From positions 352,001-416,000 of the forward strand of contig CAVYYI010000002.1 in the NCBI GenBank assembly GCA_963772725.1: a DNA stretch of 64,000 nt, read 5' to 3'. Of the stretch, positions 1 to 12,749 are shown piece by piece. This DNA comes from an uncultured Phycisphaerales bacterium. Lineage in GTDB: Bacteria > Planctomycetota > Phycisphaerae > Sedimentisphaerales > Anaerobacaceae. The notes beneath the pieces are model-generated. The model saw only the letters and a list, made by a program, of their open reading frames with translations, searched no databases and was not told where the DNA came from. Each line of letters opens with the position of its first letter. The first letter of the stretch is position 1. A program made the translations under genes and the position numbers.

Positions 1-100
1 GTAAATCCGGTTTCATCAGCGGACAAAAAATGAAATAATTCTATGCTTGCCACAGATTTTATGTAACATATCGGTCTGCGGCGCAATTATATTGGCGATA

Positions 101-681
101 ATGGCTGGTACTATGGCTGAAACTGAAAAACAGATAAATACCGATGACCTCGTCCTGCGGGCCGCAGCGACGCCGATGCTCTCGGACAGCTTTATGAGCT
201 GTACTACGAGCCGATATACCGGTTCTGCGTCCTGCGTGTCTTCAACAAAACGACCGCTGAAGACCTGACCTCTACGGTATTTCTGCAAGTGGCACAGAGT
301 ATCTCATCCTTTACCGGCCGGTCAGAAAGCGACTTTCGCAACTGGGTTTACGCCATAGCCGCCAACCATATAAACGCCTATATCCGTAAATCTTCGCGAA
401 GAAAAAAACTTCTGGCTTTGGCCTCTCAGAATTTCAACGGTGAACATATCGACCCGCCCGCGGACGCGCAGCCGCCAGCCTGGCCACAGGTTTACCAGGC
501 CATTATGAAGTTAAAACCCAAGCATCAGACCATTGTCATACTAAGGTTCTTTGAAAATATGGATTTTGTTGAAATTGGAAAAATTATTAACGCCAGACCG
601 GAAACCATGCGTGTCTCGCTGCACAGAATCCTTAAAAAATTGAAAAGCCATTTACAAAAAATCGTAGATGCAGGAGCATAA
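101..681 (+). CDS. ECF (sigma-70 family) sigma factor; one apparent frameshift near 165
   Basis: Joined frames give DALGQLYELYYEPIYRF..AEDLTSTVFLQV..FRNWVYAIAAN (region 2) and LKPKHQTIVILRFFENMDFVEIGKI..RVSLHRILKKLK (region 4). Confidence 0.85.
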
Positions 682-1921
682 AATGTTCAATAACGAATCA
701 GATTTCGAAAAACTCGTCGCCCGGCTGAATATCAACACTTCGCCTAACCAGACACATAAAGAGACCCTGCGCCGACAAATGCTCACCGCTTTTGATGAAT
801 CAAAGAAACAAGGATTCTCCCGCACACCAATCCGGCTAACTTATGGGAGAACGATTATGAAAAGTAAATTAACAAAACTAACCGCTGCGGCAGTTATAGT
901 TATCGCGGCAATCCTTTCAATTAACGTTATAGATAGAACCACTCCTGCCGCTTTTGGCATTGAACAAGTTATTACCGCCTATAACTCCATCCACTTTTTG
1001 CACGTAAAACAGTTTAGGCCTAATGAAGCAGAGCCTATCGAATCCTGGATTAAAGCCAATGAACAGGGCCGCATTACAAATGCAAGATACTATCTGCCTG
1101 AATATGTGTCACCAGAAGATGGCGCAAAACTTGTTACATGGACACCACAAAAAGCAGAATTGTGGTTTAAAAGAAAAAATAGTTACCTTATTTTCCAAAC
1201 CAAAAAGGTTGAAGCTATGATGAAACCTCTTATAGCACAGTCTCAGCCTAAATTAGTAATGAAAAAACTCATTGAAGACCAAGAGGCAGGAGTTGTCGAT
1301 GTTAATATTGTAAAACCTCAGGCTAAACAGGAACCAGCAACAATTACAGTGACCTATAAATCCAAACCCAAAAAGGAAATTTACTACATAGACCAAGCGA
1401 CAGATTTGATCACTCATATTGAATTTTTCAATATCAAAGACACTCAGGTTGTACTGGTTTCTACAACAGAATTTTATGACTACAACGTTCCAATAGATGA
1501 AAAGATGTTTTCCATCAAAGATGAAGTCCCCAAAGAGGTAACCGTGGTTGACCAGCTTAATCAGCTTATTGGAATACCCCAGGGCAACATGACTGATGAA
1601 CAAGCAGCCGCGGAGACGGTTCGACAATTCTTCCAGGCTTTGATTGACAAGGATTACAAAAAAGCAGGGTCGATATTCTCAGGCGTATCTGAAGAAAAAG
1701 CAAAAGAATATTTCAGCAAACTCAATGTTACCGCAATCCTTTCAATCGGTACTCCAACACCATATCCAAAATGCGGACCTCATAGTTTCAAAGTCCCTTG
1801 CGAATTGGAAATTACTACTCCTGATGGAAAAAAGACCAATTGGAAACCTTACGGACCATTCACAAGATGCGGAGACGATGAAAATCATCCCGACCGCTGG
1901 ATAATTCATGGCGGGATTTAA
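668..1921 (+). CDS. Putative membrane-anchored anti-sigma factor with a large extracytoplasmic domain
   Basis: Overlaps the sigma-factor stop; short N-terminus, single TM helix (LTAAAVIVIAAILSINV), long C-terminal domain. Confidence 0.65.
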   Translation: MQEHKMFNNESDFEKLVARLNINTSPNQTHKETLRRQMLTAFDESKKQGFSRTPIRLTYGRTIMKSKLTKLTAAAVIVIAAILSINVIDRTTPAAFGIEQVITAYNSIHFLHVKQFRPNEAEPIESWIKANEQGRITNARYYLPEYVSPEDGAKLVTWTPQKAELWFKRKNSYLIFQTKKVEAMMKPLIAQSQPKLVMKKLIEDQEAGVVDVNIVKPQAKQEPATITVTYKSKPKKEIYYIDQATDLITHIEFFNIKDTQVVLVSTTEFYDYNVPIDEKMFSIKDEVPKEVTVVDQLNQLIGIPQGNMTDEQAAAETVRQFFQALIDKDYKKAGSIFSGVSEEKAKEYFSKLNVTAILSIGTPTPYPKCGPHSFKVPCELEITTPDGKKTNWKPYGPFTRCGDDENHPDRWIIHGGI

Positions 1922-1952
1922 CAAATTATAATTACTGTTTGATGAACAGCAA

Positions 1953-1985
1953 ACGGCCGGGTGTTCTTCGCTCGGCCTTTTTTAT
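1953..1985 (+). terminator. Rho-independent terminator
   Basis: GGCCGGG..CTCGGCC stem followed by a T-run. Confidence 0.6.
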
Positions 1986-2034
1986 TATTTTTTAACTGCC
2001 GGACTTGAGGAGAAAAAGCGAAACCGCACAAATG

Positions 2035-2373
2035 TCAAAGCAGTTCTTTGGCCTGTTTAAGGAGAACGCCTAACTTTGCTTCCACTACGTTCCAGACAGT
2101 ACCGGGGTCGAGACTATCGTAACCGTGAACAAGCACATTTCTAAATCCTATTATGTTCCGATGCTCTGATATTTTTTCTGCTGTTTCCGGACTGACGCGG
2201 TCAAGTTGAAGCATTGCCTCCCCGATAATCTGAAGTTCCCGTTCGAGTGCAGAGCGAAAAACCCTGTCATTTTTATAATTATCAACAGTTTTATCTTTGG
2301 TAAGTTCGAGAATAAATTCGCAGCAGTTGACAATATCATAAAGATACTTCTCTGGATTACGAAGCGGCATAGA
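2035..2373 (-). CDS. hepT: HEPN (DUF86/HepT-like) RNase toxin
   Basis: RX4HXY motif (FRNVLVHGY) and ERELQIIGEA; overlaps the upstream MNT gene. Confidence 0.85.
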   Translation of the reverse strand, partial: SMPLRNPEKYLYDIVNCCEFILELTKDKTVDNYKNDRVFRSALERELQIIGEAMLQLDRVSPETAEKISEHRNIIGFRNVLVHGYDSLDPGTVWNVVEAKLGVLLKQAKELL

Positions 2374-2668
2374 TTTTTCTCCTTGTGCTATTGACCGATT
2401 CAATAAAATAAGGATTTCTCAACCCGCCCGGCTCGACAAGGTCGATTGACCGCTTAAAAAGCCGCTGTAATTCATTAAGCAGTGAAAAGAAATTATCGAA
2501 CCTGTTTTGCCGCACACTGCTGTCAAATTCCACCAGAAAATCGATATCGCTTGTCTTTTCATTAAAATCATCTCTTGCCGCAGAGCCGAAAACGTCTAAC
2601 TTCGCGACGTGGTATCTTCTGCACAGCTCAATCAATCTATCTCTATTCTGTTCTATGATGGCTGTCAT
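2357..2668 (-). CDS. mntA: Minimal nucleotidyltransferase antitoxin (MntA-like)
   Basis: FGSAARDDFNEKTSDIDFLVEF matches the GS..DxD nucleotidyltransferase motif; paired with HEPN. Confidence 0.85.
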   Translation of the reverse strand: MTAIIEQNRDRLIELCRRYHVAKLDVFGSAARDDFNEKTSDIDFLVEFDSSVRQNRFDNFFSLLNELQRLFKRSIDLVEPGGLRNPYFIESVNSTRRKIYAAS

Positions 2669-2787
2669 ATATTCGCCTCTATAATTTTGGAAATTACGAT
2701 TTTAATATTGTCCGACAAATCCAAGGCATTGTCAAGCATTTTAAAAGCCGGACGAAATCCTCTCGGCCTTTTTTATGCACATAAAAA

Positions 2788-2863
2788 ATCTGTGCCCATC
2801 TGCGTCAATCTGTGGATATAAAAATATTGTTATCTCTGTGTTTCTCTGTGCCCTCTGTGGCTA
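2788..2863. repeat. Short intergenic repeat clusters (ATCTGTG/CTCTGTG units)
   Basis: atctgtgcccatctgcgtcaatctgtgg and ctctgtgtttctctgtgccctctgtggcta; reverse-complement relatives at 18559-18660 and 40753-40777. Confidence 0.6.
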
Positions 2864-2879
2864 TACTTTGTTTTGAATT

Positions 2880-3677
2880 TTATTTCTTGGGTTTTAGCAG
2901 GCCCTTGAATCCTTCTATGACTCCTGAGCCAGCATCTTTGCCTGATTCGAGAATCTTTTTGCCCATTTCGCCGGTTTGGCCGAGAACATCTTTCATCGGG
3001 CCGGTTATACTGTCCGGCAAAAGCCCGGTACCCTGCTTGGCGACGCCCTCAGCAATAGCCACCAGCACTTTGGAAACCAAAGTCCCTATGTCAAGTTTGT
3101 TATCAGCGCCGAGATTTGTCATCTTGATGGTGTCTAGATTCATTGTAACATTGCCCGTTTCCCCCTTTAGCGGTATCATATTAACAGTAACCTTGGTGCC
3201 GGTGATTTCAAGGTCGTCAATGACCAGTTTTTTGCCAGGGGCCTGCGGTTTAGCCTGCGGCTCAGGCTTTTCTTTTTCACCCTTAGGCAAATTTTTCAGT
3301 ATTTCCTGCAGATTGGTTGATAGCCCCTTCTGCTCGATGGTCAGATGCGTTTGGTCAAGCTTTATCTCGCTAATTTTTATAGTATCGCTCAGCAGAGAGC
3401 CGATATTAACACCCACGCGGACATCGCCCATTTCGAGAAGGTTTTTATTTTTGTAACCAGCCGGATTTTCGATGACCAGCCCTTTAAGCTCGACGGAGCC
3501 CTTAAGAATTGAAAGTTTCACATCATCCAGATGCACAGGGACACCCAGCACTTTCGATGCCTCCGACACGACAGCCTTTCTGATAAGCATATTGCCGAAC
3601 AGATAAAAGCCGACAATCGCCACAATCACAAGAGCCGCAACAGCGATACCCGCGATTTTCAGAATTTTCTTCTTCAT
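2880..3677 (-). CDS. AsmA-like/DUF748 membrane-anchored protein
   Basis: N-terminal TM helix; LGVPVHLDDVKLSILKGSVELKGLVIENPAGY is typical of AsmA-like proteins. Confidence 0.7.
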   Translation of the reverse strand: MKKKILKIAGIAVAALVIVAIVGFYLFGNMLIRKAVVSEASKVLGVPVHLDDVKLSILKGSVELKGLVIENPAGYKNKNLLEMGDVRVGVNIGSLLSDTIKISEIKLDQTHLTIEQKGLSTNLQEILKNLPKGEKEKPEPQAKPQAPGKKLVIDDLEITGTKVTVNMIPLKGETGNVTMNLDTIKMTNLGADNKLDIGTLVSKVLVAIAEGVAKQGTGLLPDSITGPMKDVLGQTGEMGKKILESGKDAGSGVIEGFKGLLKPKK

Positions 3678-3760
3678 AATTTAATCTCCCAAAATTTTTA
3701 ATAATAAAAGTCTGGTTACATAAAATCAAAACTTCCAGTTTCGTAACTTTATCGACCCTG

Positions 3761-5146
3761 TCATTTATCACCTACTGTTTGCGTTATCCGTGTGTACAAA
3801 TATTTGTTTATGGTGTGACTAATATTTTGGGAATCGTTATATTGAAAAATACCACCAGGAACAACATATATCTGAAACAAAGTGCCGTCAGGGCTGTTTA
3901 GCAACGGATGATTATCAGGCAACTTTATTATCGCTCTTTTATCCGAAACGGATGGATTCACTGCGGTTTTGATAACAACATCGTCAAGAACAAATAAGTC
4001 ACTCTTTGCAGGTGTGACTGATTCTGCCAAGATACTTTTGTCAGAACGATGTTCAACAACACGCCCTTTAAAAACTAAAATAGCACCCTCGTTATTTACT
4101 AAGGAACCTGTCCAAAGCGATGGCCAGAAGGGTTCATTCCACGATATTAGCCGATCTTCTGCATCCGCATTCGGAACAAAAGACACCATCGCACAATTAT
4201 TTGCATCACTATAATAATACCTAGAACTTTCGATGCTAATATCCTTTCTTTGCGTTTTGCCCAAAATAAATTCTACTTGGGCTATTGTCATATTAATTTT
4301 AAGGTTTTTCCACTTGTCAGGATTTTGCCATTTTTCTACGCAATTTACATTAACATCAGCAATAGCAACCATATCCTGAACCCGATTCCAGTCCGGTTGG
4401 TTAAAAAATTGCAAGCTGAATTCTGGTAGTCGTGTTTCATTCTGCAAGACCTTTATTCGTCTTATATACCCATCATTAAGATTTTTAATGGAGGTCTCAT
4501 AGGTATCTTCTATTGTTTTGTGTCCAGCAGCAATTCGTTCTTGCTTATCTGGCGGGTCCTTCCACGCCCCACCAAGATGCCGCACCTTAGGCACGCTAAA
4601 GTTGGCAATAGCCCGATCTCTTATTTTTTTCTTTTTGTCTATCGCTGCGTCCAGTACTTTCTTTTGTTCATTAATTAGTGCGTCCAGGCTTTTTGCCTCA
4701 AAAAATAATATTCCGTTTCGAACACCTCCGACATCGGACAACCCTATTTTCGTCGTGACTGTGCCATACCGATCTTTAACTTTAAGGCTCTCACCGCCTT
4801 TCTGATATTTAAAATGTGGTTCTGAATTATCAACTGGCAAGTCCTGATAAAACCAAATACATTCATGTGATCCATTTTGTTTCAGTTTTGGTCGTCCGAG
4901 TAAACTATATACGCTACTCATGCTCATACCCGGCTTGAGTTTTCTCCAATTACTTATATCAGCCTGTTTACATTGTGTTACGGTTATATCAGATTTTGCT
5001 GATTCGATATTATTCGATCCTAAAGAGTTATTGTCAACTATTTGCGAATCTGTTTGGCATTTAGCAGACTTAGGAGGAAATATGGAGAGTAAGAGCAAAA
5101 AAGTAAACATAGCTATAATACGATAAGTATGATTATGTCTTCCCAT
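3761..5146 (-). CDS. Exported protein with two BamE/SmpA_OmlA-like repeats
   Basis: Signal-like N-terminus; WRKLKPGMSMSSVYSLLGRP and WKNLKINMTIAQVEFILGKT. Confidence 0.5.
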   Translation of the reverse strand: MGRHNHTYRIIAMFTFLLLLSIFPPKSAKCQTDSQIVDNNSLGSNNIESAKSDITVTQCKQADISNWRKLKPGMSMSSVYSLLGRPKLKQNGSHECIWFYQDLPVDNSEPHFKYQKGGESLKVKDRYGTVTTKIGLSDVGGVRNGILFFEAKSLDALINEQKKVLDAAIDKKKKIRDRAIANFSVPKVRHLGGAWKDPPDKQERIAAGHKTIEDTYETSIKNLNDGYIRRIKVLQNETRLPEFSLQFFNQPDWNRVQDMVAIADVNVNCVEKWQNPDKWKNLKINMTIAQVEFILGKTQRKDISIESSRYYYSDANNCAMVSFVPNADAEDRLISWNEPFWPSLWTGSLVNNEGAILVFKGRVVEHRSDKSILAESVTPAKSDLFVLDDVVIKTAVNPSVSDKRAIIKLPDNHPLLNSPDGTLFQIYVVPGGIFQYNDSQNISHTINKYLYTRITQTVGDK

Positions 5147-5349
5147 TTTTTCTCCTTTAATTTGACGTTTTCTATTTCAACACTTTGCTATGCAACATAC
5201 CGTTTAATTTTGAAATAATATCAAAAACTTTCTTAAATTACAAGTATCCCAATAAAAAATTTATCACGAAGTATTGGAGCCATAATAATACAAAAATTAA
5301 ATTTCTCGTGTCGCTTACGTTTTATCAAATATTTTTGAGCAAACACACA

Positions 5350-8300
5350 CTATAACTCCTGTAATAATTCTGCGGCGTTTAGGACGCCTGATTGCCGCTG
5401 GCGGACCTGCTCGACAAAGGCTTCGAGCCGTGTGGTCAGCGTCGAATCTTCCTGCCCGTCGAAACTCATGTTCAGAATCGGCATATCGCCGCAATCGGCG
5501 CTAAGGCGGATAGTCTGCGTGCTGACAATCGTCGAAGGCATACACGTGAACGGCATGACATTGATGACCCCGCCGAAACCCTGATGATGATATTCAACAG
5601 TTTTGCCGATGCTGAGTATCGCTTCGCCCTCGAAAGACTCGTGCATATACGGCTCAGCCAGCCGGATTACATCTTCCACCGGCTGTTCAGCCAGTCTGCC
5701 AAATTTTTTCTCCAAGTGGCGCGGCCAGCTTTTTCTCGATATTGTGCTGGAAATAATTTTGCACGATGTTATTAGCCAGCAGTGCGTAATATTCATCGCT
5801 GCGGCCGGCATTGTTCTTCCGCGTATAATTGGTATAGTAAATCCATTCTCCGACAGAGGACAAGATCGCAGGCGGCTCCCAGTTCTTCGAGCCTGGCAAT
5901 TATATTGCCGTTGGCGAAAGGATGACTGCGGACATAAATCTCACCGACAATCCCGATTCTCGGTTTTTTCGATTCATAATTTAATTCTATTTTTGAAAAT
6001 TCATCAGCAATCTCCGCCATCAGCGCCGCACTTGTGCGATAGCGACGTATTATTTTCAACCCCGCGAATCCACTTATCCATCGCCTGCTGATAAATCCGC
6101 TGAGCCTTGGCGGCATCCTTGGCAAAAGGCCGGATTCGCATAATAAGTTTACTGAGCAGGTCGATACCGACTGCCGCTATCCAGACATCCTTAATAAAAT
6201 TTCCATGTGCCGAGCCGTTAAAACTTCTGACAAAATCCCTGTAAAAATTGCCGTCCTGGTTCGGCGAAATGATAAGCAGCTCCTCCGCACCGGCGTACTT
6301 TAGAACCAATCTGTGCATACAGTTATACATTCCGAATCTGCACGGCCCGATGCCTCCGGGCATAAAAAACGCGGCTTTACTCGGCTGGGTCTTTTTCAGT
6401 ACGCTAAGCATATCGCCCGCGGTGATCGCGCATGGGAGACATTCTTTGCCCGTGGTAAACTGCCTGCCCCGCATCAGAGTATCTTCATCTGCGATCGGCA
6501 TCACTTCGGCAGATTGGCCATAAGCCCTGAAACACGCCGCGATACCGTAAGCGCAATCGCCCATATACGGAATATATAATGTACGCTCGCACCGCCACTA
6601 CACCGCACTGTTTGGCAACTGCCGTCTTTTTGCATACTCCTCGCCACTTCGATAATGTTTGAGACTTTCGAGAAACGCCTCAAGACGGGTGATAACGCCC
6701 GCGTCAGCGGAATGCTCATCAAGCTCAAGCTGCAGGCACGGCTTGTCGGCCATAATGTCCTTGAAAAATGTCAGAAGAAACGAATCAGGCCCGCAACTGA
6801 AATTGGAAAGATAAATCGCGAAGAGTCTTGGGTCATTTCTGATAATTTCGGCGGCCCGCAGAATTTTGCTGGCCATAACTCCAGTAAACAGAACCTTGAA
6901 TCGAAATTCGTCGCTGATTTTGGCAGCGTCGAGTATCGAGCATCTCCATCGGCATTATTTCCACACCCAGTTCCCGCAAGCTTCTTAGACAACTGCAGAT
7001 TTATGCCCTCATCGCAGCCGTTATATGGCCGCGATACCAGCACAAAAAGTCTTTTATCTGGCCCGATTCTGCAAGTATTTCCCTGCCTTTATCTTTCAGC
7101 GAACTGCTCAAAATCCTCCTGCGCGGCAAATGCCGTTTTTAACAGCCTCGCGAACCAATGGCGACTCGAAATCCCAAGTTCCCCGCCGATTTCAGCGAAA
7201 CCTTTTTGCTTCAGCCTTTCGCCCTCGCCGAGCCTAAGCGGCACAGTGAGAATTTTTGTCTTGCCGAGTTTGTCCGCAAACGCGGTTTTCACCTGGTATG
7301 CAAACGACTGAACATAGGGACATAACTGATTGTGTTTGTTATTGGAAACTCGCCGCCACCGAAACAATGCTCGGAAGAAAGATATAATCAGCTTTCTTTT
7401 CAATCAATTCAGCAACATGCCCATAACCGACCTTGACCGGAAAACAAGGCTGAGCGGTAACACATTCGACGCCCATCCGGATTATTTTCTTGGTCGGTCC
7501 GCCCCGGAAATAACAACATCGAAACCAAGTGACTTTGAAAAATCGCGAAAACAGCGGCAAAAGCTGCCAGTTTACCAGCGCAAGCGGAATACCAATAGAG
7601 TGGCATCGCCCCGCCGCGACTATCGGCTTTCTCATCAATACCGGCACATTCAAACAACTTTTTCATCCGATATTCAAAAGCGTCCTCATCGTGTACTGCC
7701 GTTTTTTGCTCTGCCTTTTTCTTTAAATTATACCTGTCACAGCGCGAGCCGTAATACAACGGCTCCGAACCAGGCATCTGCACTTTCTTAATCTCGCAGT
7801 GGTTAGGGCAATGTTCGCACGTAAATGACTCAACGGTATAATTGACGGAAATAAGATTTTCAAAACCTTTGAATCTGCTTTCGACCTTTTGGTTCTTTTC
7901 CAGCGCCAGTTTCTTCATATATTCCGCCGCGATAGACGCCGCGCCGAGAGCGCCGGTAACCTCATGATGGTCAGGCACCATAATGGGTTTGCCGGTAACA
8001 ATCTCAAACGCCGCCCATACCGCCTTATTAAACGCCGTCCCTCCCTGGAAGCAGATATTGTTGCCGATTTTGCGTCGGCCGACAACGCGATTAAGATAAT
8101 TGGTAACAATCGAATAGCTCAGCCCAGCCACAAGGTCGCTGGTCTTGCGCCCCCTGCTGCTGATAGTTGAGCATGTCGGATTCCATAAACACTGTGCATC
8201 GCTCGCCGAGTTTTAACGGCGCTTTGCTTTGAAACGCCAGATTCGCAAATTCATCATTGATGCTTATGCCAAGCCGCTGCGCCTGCTCTTCGAGAAACGA

Positions 8301-9850
8301 GCCGGTGCCTGCCGCACAGGCATGGTTCATTTCAAAATCGACAACCACGCCGTTTTCAAGCGAGATATATTTGCTGTCCTGCCCGCCGATCTCAAATATC
8401 GTATCGACCGACGGATTGACAATCGCCGCCCCGGCGGCCTGCGCGGTGATTTCGTTGATGACGGTATCTGCGCCGATAAAATCGCCGGTCAGATATCTGC
8501 CCGAGCCGGTCGTGGCCGCGCCGCATATCCGCACCTTGCCCGCGACAACCTGTTTTACCGACCACGTCAAGCCCTTCCTGCACGGCCTCAAGCGGTTTGC
8601 CCGCCGTCATTACATACGCCTTGGCAAGCACACGCTTCTTGTTATCCATCACAACCACATTGGTGCTTATCGAGCCGACATCAACACCCAGATATGCGTT
8701 CTACCGGCATTGTAACATGCGTTTTCCAGAAATTCGCTCATAGACAGGGCTTTTCGGCACCGGCAATTCGGCTGACGCAAAGGCTCCCTGTCGACAGTTG
8801 CGCTTGTTCAGTGCAGAACCATGCTGATTGCTAAGATAATCACTCAATCTGTTTAATCGGATTGTCTGATTCGGTTTACTGCCGCTCTTTGCCGCAAGCA
8901 AGTACCGCGCCAATAGCGCCGGTAAAACAATGTATGCTCCGGAACGATCAAGCTCATCCTGCCCAAGCTCAAATACATGTTCAATGCCCGCACAACACCG
9001 GCATTTGCCGCGACACCGCCGGTAAATACGATCGGCTTAACAAACTCCCTGCCCACAGCCTAGATTACTTTTAAGATTTCTCGCAAGGCCAGGCACACAG
9101 CCCCGCAAGAATATCACTCATCGGCGTCGCCTGCTGCTGAAGATGGATCATATCGCTTTTGGCAAATACCCTGCATCTGCCCGCGATGCGCGGCGAGATT
9201 TGTACTCTCAACGCCAGCCTGCCGAATTCTCCTTCGATATTGATTCCTAACCGCTGTGCCTGCTGGTCGAGAAATGAGCCGGTTCCCGCGGCACAAACCG
9301 TATTCAGTGCAAAATCACGTACTTTGCATTGCCCGTCCCGCTGCGAAAGAAAAATTAATTTGCTGTCCTGTCCGCCCATCTCGATTATCGTGGCCTGCTT
9401 CAAATGCGGATAAAGGCTACATATCGCCGCCGCTTGGGCGGGAACCTCATTCACAAAAGGAATATCAAGCAGCTTTGCAAGATAACGTCCCGCCGTCCCC
9501 GTTACCGCCGAAAAAACCACGTTCAGCGGATTTATCGTTTTAAGAATACTCTCCAATTGCCTGTAAACAGTCTCTATTGGCCTGCCTTTTGTGCGACGAT
9601 AATCACATAAAATGACCTCGCCTGACTCATCCAGAACAGCTATGTCACTGCTGGTTGAGCCAATATCTATCCCCACGCGGAGTTTATGTCCCCCGCTCCC
9701 AGAAAAGTTACTATACTGCTTATAATGGCCGCTTCTGCTTTTTGCTGCTCGCTTTATATCTTCCATTATCCACCTCAAGCAAATATTTTTTAGAAATTTT
9801 ATTCTAACAAAACGATACCGATTATTCCATACCTTTTTTAAAATTATCAC
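5350..9850 (-). CDS. Large 2-hydroxyacyl-CoA dehydratase activase-like protein (two ASKHA ATPase domains plus DUF2229-type domains), broken by many frameshifts
   Basis: GIDIGSTS, IEMGGQDSK, NTVCAAGTGSFLDQQA, second IGGQDSK/CAAGTGSFLEEQA, NFSCGPDSF, ELDEHSADAGVITRLEAF, MPFTCMP spread over successive frames. Confidence 0.85.
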
Positions 9851-10059
9851 AAATTATGTTAATACCAATATGGTATATATATAAACAATTCGTATGTCAA
9901 CTAAAAAATTTTATTTTTTTAAAATTTTTTTCTAAGGAAATACCTTATTGACATTTATTTTAACATTCCTATCATTCATAAAGAGTAGTTTTACTGGCTG
10001 CAATTGTGGTTTGCGCTGCGGTGGAATTATAGTTATGGGGCAGATGCGTAGAAAAATTT

Positions 10060-10170
10060 GTCATACCTGCCAACGCGGGTATCCGGGAAAGGTGGGGTTG
10101 TCACGCTGGAAGAATACGCCTGGATAAACCACACCCTAAAAAGCTGGATTCCCGCTTCCACGGGAGTGAC
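10060..10170. repeat. Inverted pair of REP-like elements
   Basis: gtcatacctgccaacgcgggtatccgg (10060-10086) resembles the reverse complement of ctggattcccgcttccacgggagtgac (10144-10170). Confidence 0.65.
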
Positions 10171-10200
10171 AATATAAAAACTGAAGGAAGGGACATCGAT

Positions 10201-12749
10201 ATGACTGCAAAACACATTTTTGTTTTCCCGCGACACGATGCAAAGCTTAACCACTTGTATGACCTCGCTTATAATTTATGGTGCATCTGGAATTTTGACG
10301 CTCTGAACCTCTTCTACAGGATAGACGCCCAGCTTTTCAGAAAAGTACGTCATAATCCCGTCAGATTTCTGCATACCCTCAGCAAAGCAAAACTCAACGC
10401 ACTGACTAAAGATAAGGAATTTCTCTTCGAGCTTGAGGAAGTATGGAACAAATTCCAGGACTATCTGAAATATAACAGCTCTTTGGTAAAAGACTTATGC
10501 GATGAGCAATGCAATATTGAAAAGGATGAATCCATAGCTTATTTTTCGATGGAATTCGGCCTGCACGAATCAATTCCGATTTATGCCGGCGGTCTCGGTA
10601 TCCTGGCCGGCGATTTCCTCAAAGGCGCTCAGACATTGACCTGCCTCTTGTAGGTATAGGTCTGCTGTATAAATTCGGCTACTTCACCCAGCAGATAGAC
10701 CGCAACGGATATCAGCGGGAAATTTTTTCCGAATTCGAAAACCATCTTATCCCCCTGAGCGAAATATCTACGCCCCAGGGCGAAGAGGCCTATATTACAA
10801 TCCCCATGCTCGGTGAGCAGTTAAAAATTAAACTCTGGAAAATTGATATCGGAAAGTCAAAAGTGATACTCCTCGATACCGACCTTGAGGAGAATCCTCA
10901 TCAAATGCAGGACATCACAAACGAACTCTATGTCAGCAATAGAGAAAAAAGAATTCAGCAGGAGCTGGTTCTCGGTATCGGCGGACTCAAAGCACTCGAA
11001 GTTCTCGGCATCAAGACCTCTATTTATCACCTAAACGAGGGACACTCCGCCTTCACCATAATAGCCAGACTCCAGGATTTGATGCTAAACAAAAAACTCT
11101 CATTTCCCGAGGCAAGGGCTGTCATTAAGGCTTCAACTGTTTTTACCACACATACGCCTGTCATTTCAGGAAATGAAAATCTCGGTATGGACCTCGTCAA
11201 AAAGTATCTTCAGCCAATGCTCAAACAAATCGCCGTTGACTTTGAGCAAATTGCCAAACTTGCTATCGCAGACAACAATCCGAACATTTTCTGGCTCCCG
11301 GCGCTGGCGATTAATTTCTCAAAGCATATCAACGGTGTCTCAAAACAGCATTCTCAAATAGCCCAAGCTATGTGGGCTGGAATTTTCCCGCAAAAAACTC
11401 TCGCGGAAATACCCATACACCCCATTACTAACGGCGTTCACATCTCATGGATAAGCGAACCATTCGCCGAGCTTTTCAACCGATACCTCGGCCCTGAATA
11501 CATCCACTGCTCAACAAACACCAATGTCTGGGAAAAAATCTACACTATACCCGATGCCGAACTGTGGGAGGAACATCGCAGAAATAAAAGAGACCTCATC
11601 AATTTCGTTAAAAGAGAGTTCACACAAAAAAAACCACTCGAAGGTTACGCCAAAGCAGGCAAGTTCACTATCAGCAGAATGCTTAACACCGATTATCTTA
11701 CCATCGTTTTCGCCAGGCGATTTGCCGCTTATAAAATGCCCACACTTATTCTGCAGGACAAGGAACGGCTCATAAAAATTCTTACTAATCCCCAAAAACC
11801 GGTACAACTGATTTTCGCCGGGAAGGCTCATCCCGCTGATGAACAATGTAAAAATTTTATAAAGGAAGTTATAGACTTCGCCAGGGAATCGGGACTCCAG
11901 GACCGGGTCATTTTCCTCGAAGATTACGATATTAATACCTCGCGTCATCTTTGCTGGGGTGCGGACGTCTGGCTGAACAACCCAGCTCGTGACATGGAAG
12001 CCAGTGGCACTTCAGGAATGAAAGCTGCGATGAACGGAGTCCTGCAGCTAAGCACTCTCGAAGGCTGGTGGATTGAAGGTTACAACGGAAGCAACGGATG
12101 GGCTGTCAGCTCTGACAATTTATATAACGACGCAGACCCCCAGCACGCCGTCGTCGCCGACCAGTTATACGACATCCTCGAAAATGAGATTACAGGCCTG
12201 TATTATTCGCGAAACGACGCCGATACCCCTGAACTCTGGGTCAAAATGATGAAGGATTCTATATATTCCACCTGCCGCAACTTCAATATCAATCGCGTCT
12301 TGTGCGACTACCTCAGGCAATGCTACATCCCCGCCAAAAAAGAGCTGGGCATTATCTCCAACAATAATTACAAGCTGCTAAAGGCCGCTTCCGATACCGA
12401 AAAAGAGGTTGTTAAACACTGGAGCAAAATAAAAGTGGCCTCTTTTACCACCACTATGGATAAAAAAGACCATATTATCGAGGGACAAACCGTCGACATC
12501 GAATGCGGCATTCAGTTCAGCGACGCCTCACCGAATCTTTTCGTGGTCGAGTTGTTTTACGCCTATGACACCCAAAACAACTATAAAATACTGCCTATGA
12601 AACTGACAAGAATACATGGCGACATTACATACTATAATTACACTGTTCCCATAGAAGGTTATGGCCCTCAAAGTCTCAAAGCCAGAATTAAACCCGCCAA
12701 TCCTACCGTTCTGGATATGCACCCTGAACTCATAAAGTGGAACGATTAG
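10201..12749 (+). CDS. glgP: Alpha-glucan (glycogen) phosphorylase; frameshift near 10630
   Basis: AYFSMEFGLHES..YAGGLGILAGDFLK, HLNEGH, FTTHTPV, ARRFAAYK, EASGTSGMKAAMNG (PLP lysine). Confidence 0.93.

Noticed and set aside
2812..3456. Long antisense ORFs here and elsewhere (e.g. 6655-7311, 8229-8834, 22358-22912)
   Set aside because: They shadow well-supported genes on the opposite strand.
5350..9850. Programmed frameshifting or a multi-gene operon
   Set aside because: Fragments tile one known multidomain protein with many scattered indels, typical of read error.
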